A stretch of DNA of 64,000 bases from Candidatus Levybacteria bacterium RIFCSPHIGHO2_01_FULL_38_26 (GTDB lineage Bacteria; Patescibacteriota; Microgenomatia; Levybacterales; UBA12049): assembly GCA_001782075.1 (NCBI GenBank), contig MFNO01000013.1, forward strand, positions 48,608 to 112,607, written 5' to 3'. A program made the translations under genes and the position numbers. Of the stretch, positions 1 to 9,448 are shown one piece after another. Below the pieces are notes generated by a model. The model was not told where the DNA came from, made no database searches, and worked only from the letters and a program-made list of their open reading frames with translations. Each line of letters begins with the position of its first letter. Within the stretch, counting starts at the first letter, position 1.

Positions 1-2
1 TT

Positions 3-866
3 GCGCGATTTATTTACAGTCCATGGAATTACGGGATAAGCGGGCAATTTAGTCTTCAGGTTGGAGTAGTACATTGGATCAGTATCATTTTAGCAATACC
101 TGTTATATATCTTTTGTACAAGAAAAAAAACAATCTTTGGGTTTTGGGAACCGCAGCTTTTCTCCTCTTTTGGCTGAGTATATTTATAATGACGCCATAT
201 TCCCGCATTATATGGGATAATATTTCGCTCCTTCAAAAATTCCAATTTCCGTGGCGATTTATGTCGGTTGATGTTTTTGCCACAGCCGTTTTGGGTGGGT
301 TATTTTTTTACATTTTACCCAATAAATTTAAATCTTTTGTCGTCCTTTGCTTTGTAGTTCTGATTTTGTTTTTCAATAAAGATTACTGGCACGCGAGTGG
401 CTATCTGCAAAAGCCTGATAGTTTTTTCACAGGTATATATAATGGTACTACTGATACTGGAGAAAGCAGTCCCATCTGGTCTATCCGTTTTATGGAGAAG
501 AGTCCAAAAAAGAATATAGAGGTTGTCAGCGGAGAAGCTAATATTAGGCAGATAAGCAGGAGATCGACAATTCATGTTTATGAAATTAACGCTGCATCTA
601 AATCAAGAGTTTTAGAAAATACTCTGTATTTTCCTGGATGGAGTGTTTATGTTGATGGAAAAGAGGTTGATCCTGAATTTCAGGATCCTGCACACAGGGG
701 GCTTATGACATTTTATGTTGATGAGGGTACACACGCTGTTAGTATTAAGTTTGGAGAAACAAAATTAAGATTATTTTCAAACATAATAAGCGGGATAAGC
801 TTGGCTATTCTATTCTTTTATATTATACTTAATAGTAAAGTATGGCGACAATTTCGGTTGTTTTAG
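3..866 (+). CDS. 5'-truncated polytopic membrane protein, GT-C-like (PTPS-related/YfhO-like); paralogue of 6039..7673
   Basis: Frame is open from position 3 (ARFIYSPWNYG...), so the true start lies upstream of the window. Shares QFPWRF and YFPGW motifs and a C-terminal TM helix with 6039..7673. Confidence 0.75.
   Translation, partial: ARFIYSPWNYGISGQFSLQVGVVHWISIILAIPVIYLLYKKKNNLWVLGTAAFLLFWLSIFIMTPYSRIIWDNISLLQKFQFPWRFMSVDVFATAVLGGLFFYILPNKFKSFVVLCFVVLILFFNKDYWHASGYLQKPDSFFTGIYNGTTDTGESSPIWSIRFMEKSPKKNIEVVSGEANIRQISRRSTIHVYEINAASKSRVLENTLYFPGWSVYVDGKEVDPEFQDPAHRGLMTFYVDEGTHAVSIKFGETKLRLFSNIISGISLAILFFYIILNSKVWRQFRLF
801..829 (+). promoter_or_regulatory. Putative sigma70 promoter for the GT2 gene at 842
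   Basis: TTGGCT(801-806)-17 bp-TATACT(824-829), 12 nt before ATG 842. Confidence 0.4.
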
Positions 867-1612
867 CAACCTATAATGAGGAAAAAAACCTTCCGGCATG
901 TCTGGATTCAGTTGAAGATTTAGCGGATGAAATAGTTGTTGTGGACGGATGGTCTAAAGATAGAACTGTTCAGATTGCAAAGAAATACGGAGCGAAAGTA
1001 AAAATTACTAACAATCCGCTTATTTTCCATATCAACAAACAAAAAGCAATTGATATGGCAGCGAAAAATTGGGTTTTACAGCTTGACGCTGACGAACACG
1101 TTACTCCAGAGCTGCGTGAGGAAATTAAAGAAGTTATAAAAAAGAAAAAATCAAAAATCAGTGGTTATTGGATTCCGCGGAAAAATTGGTTTTTGGGTAA
1201 ATTCTTGATGAAAGGCGGACAATACCCTGATTATACTCTACGACTTTACAAAAGAGGCAAGGGAAAACTTCCTCAAAAAACTGTTCACGAGCAGGCGGTG
1301 GTGGACGGTGAGGTTGAGTACTTAAAAAATCCCTTACTTCATTATCCATACAAGAATTTTGGTATGTATCTTGAAAAATGGAATAGATATACTGATCTAA
1401 TTGCGACTCAGATCAAAGACCAGTTGAGGGAGAAAAATTTAGCAACTAAAATTTTTTATATGATGGACTTTATTTTTATAAAACCTATTTTTTGGTTTGC
1501 CAACACCTATATAAGACATAAAGGATTTTATGATTTGTGGCCTGGTTTCGTCTTTTCTTTTTTCTCAAGCCTTCGATTTCCAGTGGGATATTTGAAATAT
1601 TTAGGAAAGTGA
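842..1612 (+). CDS. Glycosyltransferase family 2 (KdtX/WaaE-like)
   Basis: ISVVLATYNEE, VVVDGWSKDRT, LQLDADE, YPDYTLRLYK and VHE motifs. Confidence 0.85.
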   Translation: MATISVVLATYNEEKNLPACLDSVEDLADEIVVVDGWSKDRTVQIAKKYGAKVKITNNPLIFHINKQKAIDMAAKNWVLQLDADEHVTPELREEIKEVIKKKKSKISGYWIPRKNWFLGKFLMKGGQYPDYTLRLYKRGKGKLPQKTVHEQAVVDGEVEYLKNPLLHYPYKNFGMYLEKWNRYTDLIATQIKDQLREKNLATKIFYMMDFIFIKPIFWFANTYIRHKGFYDLWPGFVFSFFSSLRFPVGYLKYLGK

Positions 1613-1640
1613 ATTAAAAAATCAACAGCTCTACCACAGA

Positions 1641-1669
1641 TTGACAATTATCTTATAGTACTGTAGAAT
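1641..1669 (+). promoter_or_regulatory. Near-consensus sigma70 promoter
   Basis: TTGACA(1641-1646)-17 bp-TAGAAT(1664-1669), 9 nt before ATG 1679. Confidence 0.7.
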
Positions 1670-1678
1670 ATGTAGTGT

Positions 1679-2461
1679 ATGGGTGGAAATATTGAAAATG
1701 AATTAAGCGGAAGAATGGGTGGCGAATATCGAGTTCCTCGTAATTTAGAGAGGTTAATGGAGGGGCATTTCGCATTTCAAGATTTACTTAAAGACCCATC
1801 TACTTTAGAATCGCTAGGTTATACACAAAGGCAGATTGAATTTGTTCAATCTGCAGTTAATTTAATCCAGCCTCCAAATCCAAATCTAACAAATAGGGGA
1901 TATGAGAATTGGTTTAATTTCGAGCCAAGAGAATATTTAGGTATTCATGAGCAATCAATCATCGAGGCTTCTGAGCCTGGTCTTTATACACTAAGATGTT
2001 TTAAAAGTGTGGGACCATTCAGCCTTAGTTTTAACAGAGAGGAAGAACTACAGTACGTTAGAGAGCATGGTCTTGAAGATGTAGATGAAGTTTTTGGTAG
2101 AGGCAGCAAAGTATTCAATTATCATGTTTTAAATATAATGCTTATCAATCCAAAAATTATATCTCTTGATAGTAACAACGACCTGGCAAAACTTACGCGT
2201 AAAGGAAGACCAGAGTCTAATAGTTTGAAAAAGAAAAGTTTTAACCCGGTTACAAAATTATTATATAAGCATAATTTTGCAGATTATTACAGTTCAAAAT
2301 GGACAGATGAAGCAAAAAATGAATTAGAGATTAGACTAGAAAATGTAGAAAAAGGAATATCTGTTGAAAAATGGAGAAAACTACCTATGTTGCCATCTTC
2401 GGATTTTCATCAAGATCCTCTTCTGCCGATTGGACAAGTAGCTAATGTTGATGTACTATGA
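1679..2461 (+). CDS. Hypothetical soluble protein
   Basis: 260-aa ORF with its own promoter and an ATGA overlap with the next gene; no recognised motif. Confidence 0.65.
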   Translation: MGGNIENELSGRMGGEYRVPRNLERLMEGHFAFQDLLKDPSTLESLGYTQRQIEFVQSAVNLIQPPNPNLTNRGYENWFNFEPREYLGIHEQSIIEASEPGLYTLRCFKSVGPFSLSFNREEELQYVREHGLEDVDEVFGRGSKVFNYHVLNIMLINPKIISLDSNNDLAKLTRKGRPESNSLKKKSFNPVTKLLYKHNFADYYSSKWTDEAKNELEIRLENVEKGISVEKWRKLPMLPSSDFHQDPLLPIGQVANVDVL

Positions 2462-3369
2462 ATAAAGAAGCGCCCCAGCTGAGCCTCGAAGTAGATAGTT
2501 CTGTAGGAAACTTATTCGATAAAAGTACTCTTTATACTGTTGCATGGCCTATGGGAAAGCTTGTAGATACGATTAAAGAGGCTGGATATAGAGGAATTGA
2601 ATGGCATCCTCTGAGAATAGTAGCAGGTGCGCAAATGAACGCGGGTCTTATTTGTAAGGATGATAAAGATGCAATTGTTTCCCTTCATCAAAGTTATCGC
2701 AGTGAAAAGAATTTGTTAGAAGCATGGCGTCACCAAAATCGCGCTCTTGCACTGATGTCTTATGTTTTACTTCCTGAACGCGTTAGCTCATTGCAAAAGC
2801 TTGAAAAGTTGCAGGGTGTTTTAGGGAAAGCACTACCTATTGTTCTTTACCCTTCTAATCTTGGGGAAGAATCTGGAACAGATAGGAGTTTTGCAGAAAA
2901 AATATTTCAACCCACGTCTGAGATAATGTACAGATGGGACGTAAGAGGAGTGGATGATTTAATTGAAGAAAGTCGCAAACGTGGATATGATGGACTCTGT
3001 CTTGACTTATTTCTTATGAGAGAGAAAGACATAGAAGGATTTGGTTTGAATCCATGGCAAGAAATACTGCCTCAATTATTACCCTACACAAAAGAACTTC
3101 AAGTGTCCGCAGGACGTGGTGATATTCCACAAGAGCATATTGATACATACCAGGAGCTTGAAAATTTATTAACGGATAAAGGTGATTCAGAACTTACAGA
3201 GATGCTTGAAGTTATAAGAAGTTCAGGTTGGAAAGGTCGTGTAGTTACAGAAATTCCTGGCGCTTCATTACATGAAATAAGGAAGAAAAATGGTAATTTT
3301 ACCTCTATGAAAGATCTTATCGAAGATCACAAGAAAATTGTAGGTAATATTCAAGATATACTAGGTTAA
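2458..3369 (+). CDS. Putative xylose-isomerase/AP-endonuclease-2-like TIM-barrel protein (divergent)
   Basis: IKEAGYRGIEW, GLCLD and WKGRVVTE patterns resemble the sugar-phosphate isomerase/epimerase barrel; the usual His metal ligands are not evident. Confidence 0.5.
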   Translation: MNKEAPQLSLEVDSSVGNLFDKSTLYTVAWPMGKLVDTIKEAGYRGIEWHPLRIVAGAQMNAGLICKDDKDAIVSLHQSYRSEKNLLEAWRHQNRALALMSYVLLPERVSSLQKLEKLQGVLGKALPIVLYPSNLGEESGTDRSFAEKIFQPTSEIMYRWDVRGVDDLIEESRKRGYDGLCLDLFLMREKDIEGFGLNPWQEILPQLLPYTKELQVSAGRGDIPQEHIDTYQELENLLTDKGDSELTEMLEVIRSSGWKGRVVTEIPGASLHEIRKKNGNFTSMKDLIEDHKKIVGNIQDILG

Positions 3370-3399
3370 GTAAAACGCTGGCCTCTTGGTAACTCTATA

Positions 3400-3428
3400 T
3401 TGCTCAAACATCTGATAAACTTTATAAT
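3400..3428 (+). promoter_or_regulatory. Putative sigma70 promoter of galE
   Basis: TTGCTC(3400-3405)-17 bp-TATAAT(3423-3428). Confidence 0.6.
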
Positions 3429-3444
3429 AAACTTAGATTAACTT

Positions 3445-4437
3445 ATGAGAGTACTTGTTACTGGTGGGGCTGGGTATATTGGAAGCTTTATGACAAAGCG
3501 GCTTCTTGATTATGGCCACGAGGTCGTGGTTTTTGATAGTTTGGAGAGGGGCTACAGAAATGCGGTTGACACCAGGGCAAAATTTATTCAGGGAGATATT
3601 AAAAATCCTGATTCTCTAGAGATTTTATTTGGAAGCCAAGCAATTGATGCTGTGATGCATTTTGCCGGGTATATTTCAGTTGAGGAATCGACAAAAAATC
3701 CCCAAATGTACCATCTAAATAATACAATTGGTACAGAAAATCTTCTAAAAGCAATGATAGAATTTGGACAAGTTGATAAATTCATTTTTTCCTCAACAGC
3801 TGCAGTATACGGAAATCCAATAAAAACTCCGATTCCGGAAGACCACCCCAAAAATCCAACCAGTCCATACGGAAAAAGCAAACTAGAAGTTGAGGAAATG
3901 CTTCAGATTTTTGGGGAAGAGCAAAGATTAAATTTTGTAAGCCTTCGCTATTTCAACGCTGCGGGAGCAGCTGTTGACGCCTCCATGGGTGAGGCGCATG
4001 AACCAGAGACCCATATCATCCCGTTGGGAATTCTAGCTGCCTTAAAAGGCACAGAATTTAGTTTGTACGGAACAGATTACAATACGCCTGATGGAACTTG
4101 TGTTCGGGATTACATTCATGTGATTGATTTAGTCGAGGCGCATATTTTAGCGCTTAATTATTTAGATAGAGAAAAAGGGGGATTTTTTTACAACGTAGGA
4201 GTAGGAAGAGGATATTCAAATAAGGAAGTAATTGATATGATAAAAAAAGTCTCAGGGAAAGATTTAAAAGTAAAAGTAGAGAATCGAAGAGCTGGAGATC
4301 CGCAGGTCCTAATAGCTGACGCAACTAGGATTCAACGAGAATTGGGTTTTAACCCAAATGTTTCTGATCTTGAAACTATTGTAAAAACTGCATTCTTGTG
4401 GCATCAGAAAAGTTCGAAATACGAGATTGTACTCTAA
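3445..4437 (+). CDS. galE: UDP-glucose 4-epimerase
   Basis: VLVTGGAGYIGS, HFAGYISVEES, FSSTAAVYG, YGKSK, LRYFNAAGA, DGTCVRDYIHV, RRAGD. Confidence 0.92.
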   Translation: MRVLVTGGAGYIGSFMTKRLLDYGHEVVVFDSLERGYRNAVDTRAKFIQGDIKNPDSLEILFGSQAIDAVMHFAGYISVEESTKNPQMYHLNNTIGTENLLKAMIEFGQVDKFIFSSTAAVYGNPIKTPIPEDHPKNPTSPYGKSKLEVEEMLQIFGEEQRLNFVSLRYFNAAGAAVDASMGEAHEPETHIIPLGILAALKGTEFSLYGTDYNTPDGTCVRDYIHVIDLVEAHILALNYLDREKGGFFYNVGVGRGYSNKEVIDMIKKVSGKDLKVKVENRRAGDPQVLIADATRIQRELGFNPNVSDLETIVKTAFLWHQKSSKYEIVL

Positions 4438-4439
4438 AA

Positions 4440-4973
4440 ATGAAAGGTATTAAACTTTTGCCTTTTGCGCTGGGAATTATTTTATTTTTTTTTATCCCTC
4501 AATCTTCGGTCTTTGCTCAATCGAAATACGTCCTTCCGTATCCATCCGTAATGCCAGGAAGCATTTTTTATAAATTTAATCAAGTCAAAGAGCAAATTTT
4601 GAGATATTGGTATTTTGGCGACTTTGGACAATTTCATTATAATCTTAGACAGTCGGATAAATATTTGGTAGAAGCAAAAACGCTTTTTGATTACAAACAA
4701 TATCTTTTGGGAAATATTGCTTTGGAGAAATCGGATGGGTATTTTGAAGATATTTATCCCAATTTTGTCAATGCCAAAAACAATGGCAAAAACACATCGG
4801 AAAAAGAAATCATGTATAAAGAAGCCGCCAAAAAGCATATAGAGGAACTTAAAAAAGTCAGAAATATTGTTTCATCAATTTTCATTTGGACTCCAGAGAA
4901 CGAGAGTCCAACAACTCTAAAGCTTTGGGAAAGCGTGGATAAGTCTTTGAAGATTAGACAAAAAAGATTATGA
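4440..4973 (+). CDS. Secreted DUF5667-like protein
   Basis: Probable ATG 4440; signal peptide ending VFA; YVLPYPSVMPGSIFYK resembles the paralogue at 19915..20469. Confidence 0.6.
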   Translation: MKGIKLLPFALGIILFFFIPQSSVFAQSKYVLPYPSVMPGSIFYKFNQVKEQILRYWYFGDFGQFHYNLRQSDKYLVEAKTLFDYKQYLLGNIALEKSDGYFEDIYPNFVNAKNNGKNTSEKEIMYKEAAKKHIEELKKVRNIVSSIFIWTPENESPTTLKLWESVDKSLKIRQKRL

Positions 4974-6046
4974 GATTAGTTTATGTTTTTATCGCAACCT
5001 TGGTATTGTTTTCCGTTTTTACATACGCCTTTGTTGATAAAAATCTTTCTTATTTAAACAACTTGTACACAGGGCTTTATTTTACTAATAGATTTTTGTT
5101 GGTATCAATCTACACATTTTTGATTTCTATTTTGTTTGGGTGTTTTTATTTCCTTATAAATCATCAGAAAAAAATAAATTTGAAGAAAATAATTTTTTTT
5201 ACAATTACCGTTACTATATTTGCTTATCCGGCGGCACTTGCATTTGATATTTTTAATTACATCACAACTGCAAAAGTTTTGTTTTTGTATCAAGAAAATC
5301 CATATACTATTTACCCAATAGAGTTTAAAGGCGATCCTTATCTTGAATTTACAAGAGCGGCTAATAAAACTGCTCTTTATGGACCGTTTTGGATTATCCT
5401 GACAGGTATTCCTTATTTTTTAGGATTAGGTAATTTTATTGTGATATTGTTTTCATTCAAACTTTTTATTGTAGGATTTTTTGCATCGACAGTGTTTTTA
5501 ATAAACAAAATCGATAAAAACGCGACTTTGTTTTTTGCCCTAAATCCGCTGGTAATTATAGAAACTCTTGTATCGTCGCATAATGATATTGTAATGATAT
5601 TTTTTGCTCTCTTGGGCATTTATTTTCTAAAGTCCAGAAAAGTTTTGTCTTTTTTTTCTCTTCTTGCATCAATTATGATAAAATTCGCGACTGTATTTTT
5701 AATCCCTGTTTTTTTATTAAGTTTATTTACAAAGTTTAGGAGTAAATATAGATACTTTGCAATTTCCATGCTTGTTGTTTTTTTCGTCTCACCTCTTAGG
5801 GAAGAATTATATCCTTGGTATGCTATTTGGTTTATAGCTTTTACAGCTTTTCTTTACAAGAACAAATTCCTGCAAAACCTAGTTTTGGTTTTTTCATTTG
5901 GGCTAATGCTTCGATATATCCCCTACATGGCGAGCGGTAATTATTTTGGCCCAACGCCAATAATTAGAAATATATTGATGTTGTCTCCGGTTTTAGTATT
6001 TTTAATTTACTCGTGGTTTAGAAGTTTGAAAAGAAAAAATGCTTAA
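4970..6046 (+). CDS. GT-C membrane glycosyltransferase (MptA/MptB, GT87-like)
   Basis: Polytopic; DIFNY, YGPFW, LNPLVIIE, HND and IKF motifs typical of polyprenol-P-mannose-dependent transferases. Confidence 0.65.
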   Translation: MRLVYVFIATLVLFSVFTYAFVDKNLSYLNNLYTGLYFTNRFLLVSIYTFLISILFGCFYFLINHQKKINLKKIIFFTITVTIFAYPAALAFDIFNYITTAKVLFLYQENPYTIYPIEFKGDPYLEFTRAANKTALYGPFWIILTGIPYFLGLGNFIVILFSFKLFIVGFFASTVFLINKIDKNATLFFALNPLVIIETLVSSHNDIVMIFFALLGIYFLKSRKVLSFFSLLASIMIKFATVFLIPVFLLSLFTKFRSKYRYFAISMLVVFFVSPLREELYPWYAIWFIAFTAFLYKNKFLQNLVLVFSFGLMLRYIPYMASGNYFGPTPIIRNILMLSPVLVFLIYSWFRSLKRKNA

Positions 6047-7673
6047 AAAAATTTTGCCTTTGGTTACAGTTTTTTTATTTGCATTTATTGCAGTTCTGCC
6101 GCTTCTTCACAAAGGATTGCCTCCAACGCACGATGGAGAATATCATGTGGTGAGATTTTATGAATTTGATAAGACACTTCGAGATGGGAGTTTGTATCCG
6201 CGATGGGCAAGTGATCTTAACAGGGGTTATGGAGTGCCACTTTTTAATTTTGTGTATCCATTGCCCAATTACATTGCCTCGTTTTTTCACTTTTTGGGGT
6301 TTAGTTTTATTGACGCGTTTAAGTTAAATATGTTTCTTGCATCAATTTTGGGAGCGGTGTTTTTTTATCTGTGGGCAAAAGCGTTTTGGGGGCGTTGGGG
6401 AGGGATGCTTGGAGGCGTATTTTATACTTTTTCACCTTATCATTTTGTTGATATTTATATTAGGGGATCAGTTGGAGAGGTTTGGGCGCTTGCTTTTTTT
6501 CCGGCATTCTTATGGTGTATTACGAGTTTTGTAAACAATAAAAAGATAATATTTTTTGTTGGTTCTTGTCTGTCCTTAAGTCTAATAATATTTTCTCACA
6601 ACATTTTATCATTAATGTTTTTACCATTTTCTTTTCTTTACATAATTTTTTTAATTAGTTTTCAAAAAGATAAAAAACATCTAATACTCAATTCTTTGTA
6701 CATAATACTATTGGGACTTGGTTTGTCGGCTGTCTTTTGGGTCCCCGCGATTTTTGAAAAACAATATGTTGTTGGACTTGAGGTGTTTGGTTTTGAAAAT
6801 CACTTTGCAGATCTTTATCAACTCATTATCCCATCTTGGGGATCTGGGTTTTCGGGCGAAAGCCTGAATAGCTCTCTTTCTCTTCAGATAGGAATTGCCA
6901 ATTTGTTGGTAGTATTTTTAAGTTTGTTTTTACTTCTTATTTACAGAAAAAATAACAGAAATAGCCATATAGTTTTATTTTTTATTGTCTTATTTTTTGT
7001 GATTTTTTTCTTGATGCAGAAAGGTTCGTTGCCAATCTGGAAAACAGTTCCGTTTATGAATTACTTTCAGTTTCCATGGAGGTTTTTGAGCCTTGAAATA
7101 TTGGTTGCGTCTTTTTTAGCCGGAAGCGTAGTTTATTTTTGGAAATCAAAAATTTTGACAATAGCATTGATTATTCTTTCATTTTTCTTGGGAATCGGTT
7201 ATGCGAAAGTAGCTTACTATCATTATAGGGATGATAATTATTATTTAACACGCTCTAATTTTATAGAAGGTACAAATAGTCCTGGTAATGCTTTTAATAC
7301 GGTATATTTTGACCCAAGCCTTGGAAAAAAGAAAGCAAAAACTGAATTTTTAAAAGGATCAGGCGTAATCGATCAGCAAGAAATAAAATCAACATATTAC
7401 AAATTTAAAATAGAAGCTTTAGAAAATTCCGAAATAAAAGTAAATACAGCTTATTTTCCAGGCTGGTCGGTTTTTGTCAACCGAGCAGAGGTGAAAACAA
7501 ACATAACAGAAGAAGGACTGTTTTCTTTTTATTTGCCTGAAGGCAAGCAGGATATAGCGATAGGTTTGAAAGATACTCCAATAAGAAACATTGGATTTAT
7601 CCTATTTTTAATTACAGGTGCAATTCTTGCAGCTTTGTTTATAAAAGCAATGTTTGGTACAATAAAAAGGTGA
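6039..7673 (+). CDS. Polytopic GT-C-like protein (PTPS-related/YfhO-like)
   Basis: THDGEYH, YPRW, GYGVPLFNFVYPLP, RGSVGE, QFPWRFL, YFPGW. Confidence 0.75.
   Translation: MLKKILPLVTVFLFAFIAVLPLLHKGLPPTHDGEYHVVRFYEFDKTLRDGSLYPRWASDLNRGYGVPLFNFVYPLPNYIASFFHFLGFSFIDAFKLNMFLASILGAVFFYLWAKAFWGRWGGMLGGVFYTFSPYHFVDIYIRGSVGEVWALAFFPAFLWCITSFVNNKKIIFFVGSCLSLSLIIFSHNILSLMFLPFSFLYIIFLISFQKDKKHLILNSLYIILLGLGLSAVFWVPAIFEKQYVVGLEVFGFENHFADLYQLIIPSWGSGFSGESLNSSLSLQIGIANLLVVFLSLFLLLIYRKNNRNSHIVLFFIVLFFVIFFLMQKGSLPIWKTVPFMNYFQFPWRFLSLEILVASFLAGSVVYFWKSKILTIALIILSFFLGIGYAKVAYYHYRDDNYYLTRSNFIEGTNSPGNAFNTVYFDPSLGKKKAKTEFLKGSGVIDQQEIKSTYYKFKIEALENSEIKVNTAYFPGWSVFVNRAEVKTNITEEGLFSFYLPEGKQDIAIGLKDTPIRNIGFILFLITGAILAALFIKAMFGTIKR
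7635..7663 (+). promoter_or_regulatory. Putative extended -10 promoter
   Basis: TTGTTT(7635-7640)-17 bp-TACAAT(7658-7663), preceded by TGG. Confidence 0.45.
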
Positions 7674-7728
7674 CTCCACTTTGTAAAAGACTTCGAGGGG
7701 TCATGCCTCCGAAGCATTCTTTGGGAGG
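7674..7728. repeat. Imperfect GC-rich inverted repeat/hairpin in the intergenic region
   Basis: CTCC..AAAGA-CTTCG-AGG...CCT-C-CGAAG..TCTTT.GGAG can pair as a nested stem. Confidence 0.5.
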
Positions 7729-7792
7729 AAAAATAAATTATGAAAAGTCGACATATGTCTATAGTAAAGGAGGCGTATAAGAGCGAAGGGGC

Positions 7793-8833
7793 ATGAAGAT
7801 AGCTATTGATATTTCTCCTTTGGAAAAATCAAGTCTCTTGGCGCACAGAGTACGGGGAACAGGATTTTACATCGATAATCTCAAAAAATCTTTATTAAAG
7901 TATTTTCCACAAAATAAGTATATATTTTTTACCCGAGGAGAAAATTTACCCAAAGATATAAATTTAGTACATTATACTTATTTCGAACCGTTTTTCTTAA
8001 GCCTTCCCGTTATAAAAGCCCAAAAAACAGTTGTAACAGTCCATGATTTAACGCCTCTGGTATTTAAAAAATTTTTCCCGGCTGGAATTAAAGGTAATTT
8101 TAAGTGGCAGATCCAAAAACTGGGATTAAAAACTGCGAATGCTGTTATTACCGATTCTGAATCATCTAAAAAAGACATTATAAAATATACTGGTTTGCCT
8201 TCATCAAGAGTTAATGTTGTCTATTTGGCAGCAGGAGAAGAATTCAAAAGAATCAAGAATATAAAAAACAAATATAATTTACCAGAAAAGTTTGTATTAT
8301 ACGTGGGAGATGTGACGTGGAACAAGAATTTACCAAGACTTATAGAGGCTGTAAAAAAAATTAACGTATCATTTGTAATGATTGGGTCAGCAATTATGCA
8401 AAAAAATTTCGATCGATCTAATCCATGGAATCAGGATTTATCGAAAATTTTAAAACTAACAGAAGATGACAAAAAAATTATAAAACTCGGTTTTGTGTCC
8501 CAGGAAGATTTGGTTGCGATATATAACCTTTCCACTGTTTTTGCCATGCCATCCCTTTACGAGGGTTTTGGTTTGCCTATTTTGGAAGCGATGAGCTGCG
8601 GTTGCCCGGTGGTTACGACTAAAGAGGGTTCTATACAAGAAATAGCAGGAGAGGCGGCGTATTACGTTAATGCTTATGATGTTGATGATATTGCCAATGG
8701 GATTGGTGAGTTGTTTTTTAGTCAAAAACTTCAACAGGAGCTTTCAGAAAAAGGATTGATACAGGCAAAAAAATTTTCATGGAAAAAAACAGCAGAAGAA
8801 ACAATCGGGGTTTATGAACAAGCAACATTGTAA
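7793..8833 (+). CDS. Glycosyltransferase family 4
   Basis: VTVHDL, SESSKKD, KNLPRLIEA, PSLYEGFGLPILEAMSCGCPV. Confidence 0.9.
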   Translation: MKIAIDISPLEKSSLLAHRVRGTGFYIDNLKKSLLKYFPQNKYIFFTRGENLPKDINLVHYTYFEPFFLSLPVIKAQKTVVTVHDLTPLVFKKFFPAGIKGNFKWQIQKLGLKTANAVITDSESSKKDIIKYTGLPSSRVNVVYLAAGEEFKRIKNIKNKYNLPEKFVLYVGDVTWNKNLPRLIEAVKKINVSFVMIGSAIMQKNFDRSNPWNQDLSKILKLTEDDKKIIKLGFVSQEDLVAIYNLSTVFAMPSLYEGFGLPILEAMSCGCPVVTTKEGSIQEIAGEAAYYVNAYDVDDIANGIGELFFSQKLQQELSEKGLIQAKKFSWKKTAEETIGVYEQATL

Positions 8834-8872
8834 ATAGCATAGCCAAATGATAACATGTAATGTGTAAACACA

Positions 8873-9448
8873 ATGGAATTTATCACGCTTGAAAATAAAG
8901 CTAGCATTAGCCCCATCAAAGGTGTTTTGATGTATCCTTTGAAAATCAACAGCGATGAATCTGGGGGAATTTTGGTAGAGACCATGCGAACTGACTGGAA
9001 AGAAATTTATGGTCCCGGCAGAGAATTTTTCATGCAGTACTATTCAGTTACTGACAGCGAAGTGGCAAGAGATGAGAAGGTTTGGCATTATCACCCAAAT
9101 TATCAAGAAGACAGATTTTTGGTTGCGCAGGGTAGTGTGGTTGTAGCGGTAGCCGATAATAGAGATGATTCCCCAACGAATGGAGTCCTAAATCTTTTTT
9201 TGATGGAGGCCTACAAAAACCCATATATACTCCTTATTCCAAAAAAAACACTGCATGGGTTTATGGTGGTTTCAAAGGAGAAAGGTATTCTTTTGAATTA
9301 TCCAACCGGTCTTTATAACCCAAACGAAGAAGGAAGAATTCCCCATGAGCAGGCCAATATCAAGCTTGAAAATGGAAGTTTATTTTCCTGGGAAGAGGTA
9401 AAGAGAAGTTTTTTTGTAAATTATTATCCCCATGAGAAAACTATTTAA
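8873..9448 (+). CDS. RmlC-like cupin (dTDP-4-dehydrorhamnose 3,5-epimerase family)
   Basis: DESGGILVE, WHYH, DNRDDSPT, LLIPKKTLHGF. Confidence 0.7.
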   Translation: MEFITLENKASISPIKGVLMYPLKINSDESGGILVETMRTDWKEIYGPGREFFMQYYSVTDSEVARDEKVWHYHPNYQEDRFLVAQGSVVVAVADNRDDSPTNGVLNLFLMEAYKNPYILLIPKKTLHGFMVVSKEKGILLNYPTGLYNPNEEGRIPHEQANIKLENGSLFSWEEVKRSFFVNYYPHEKTI

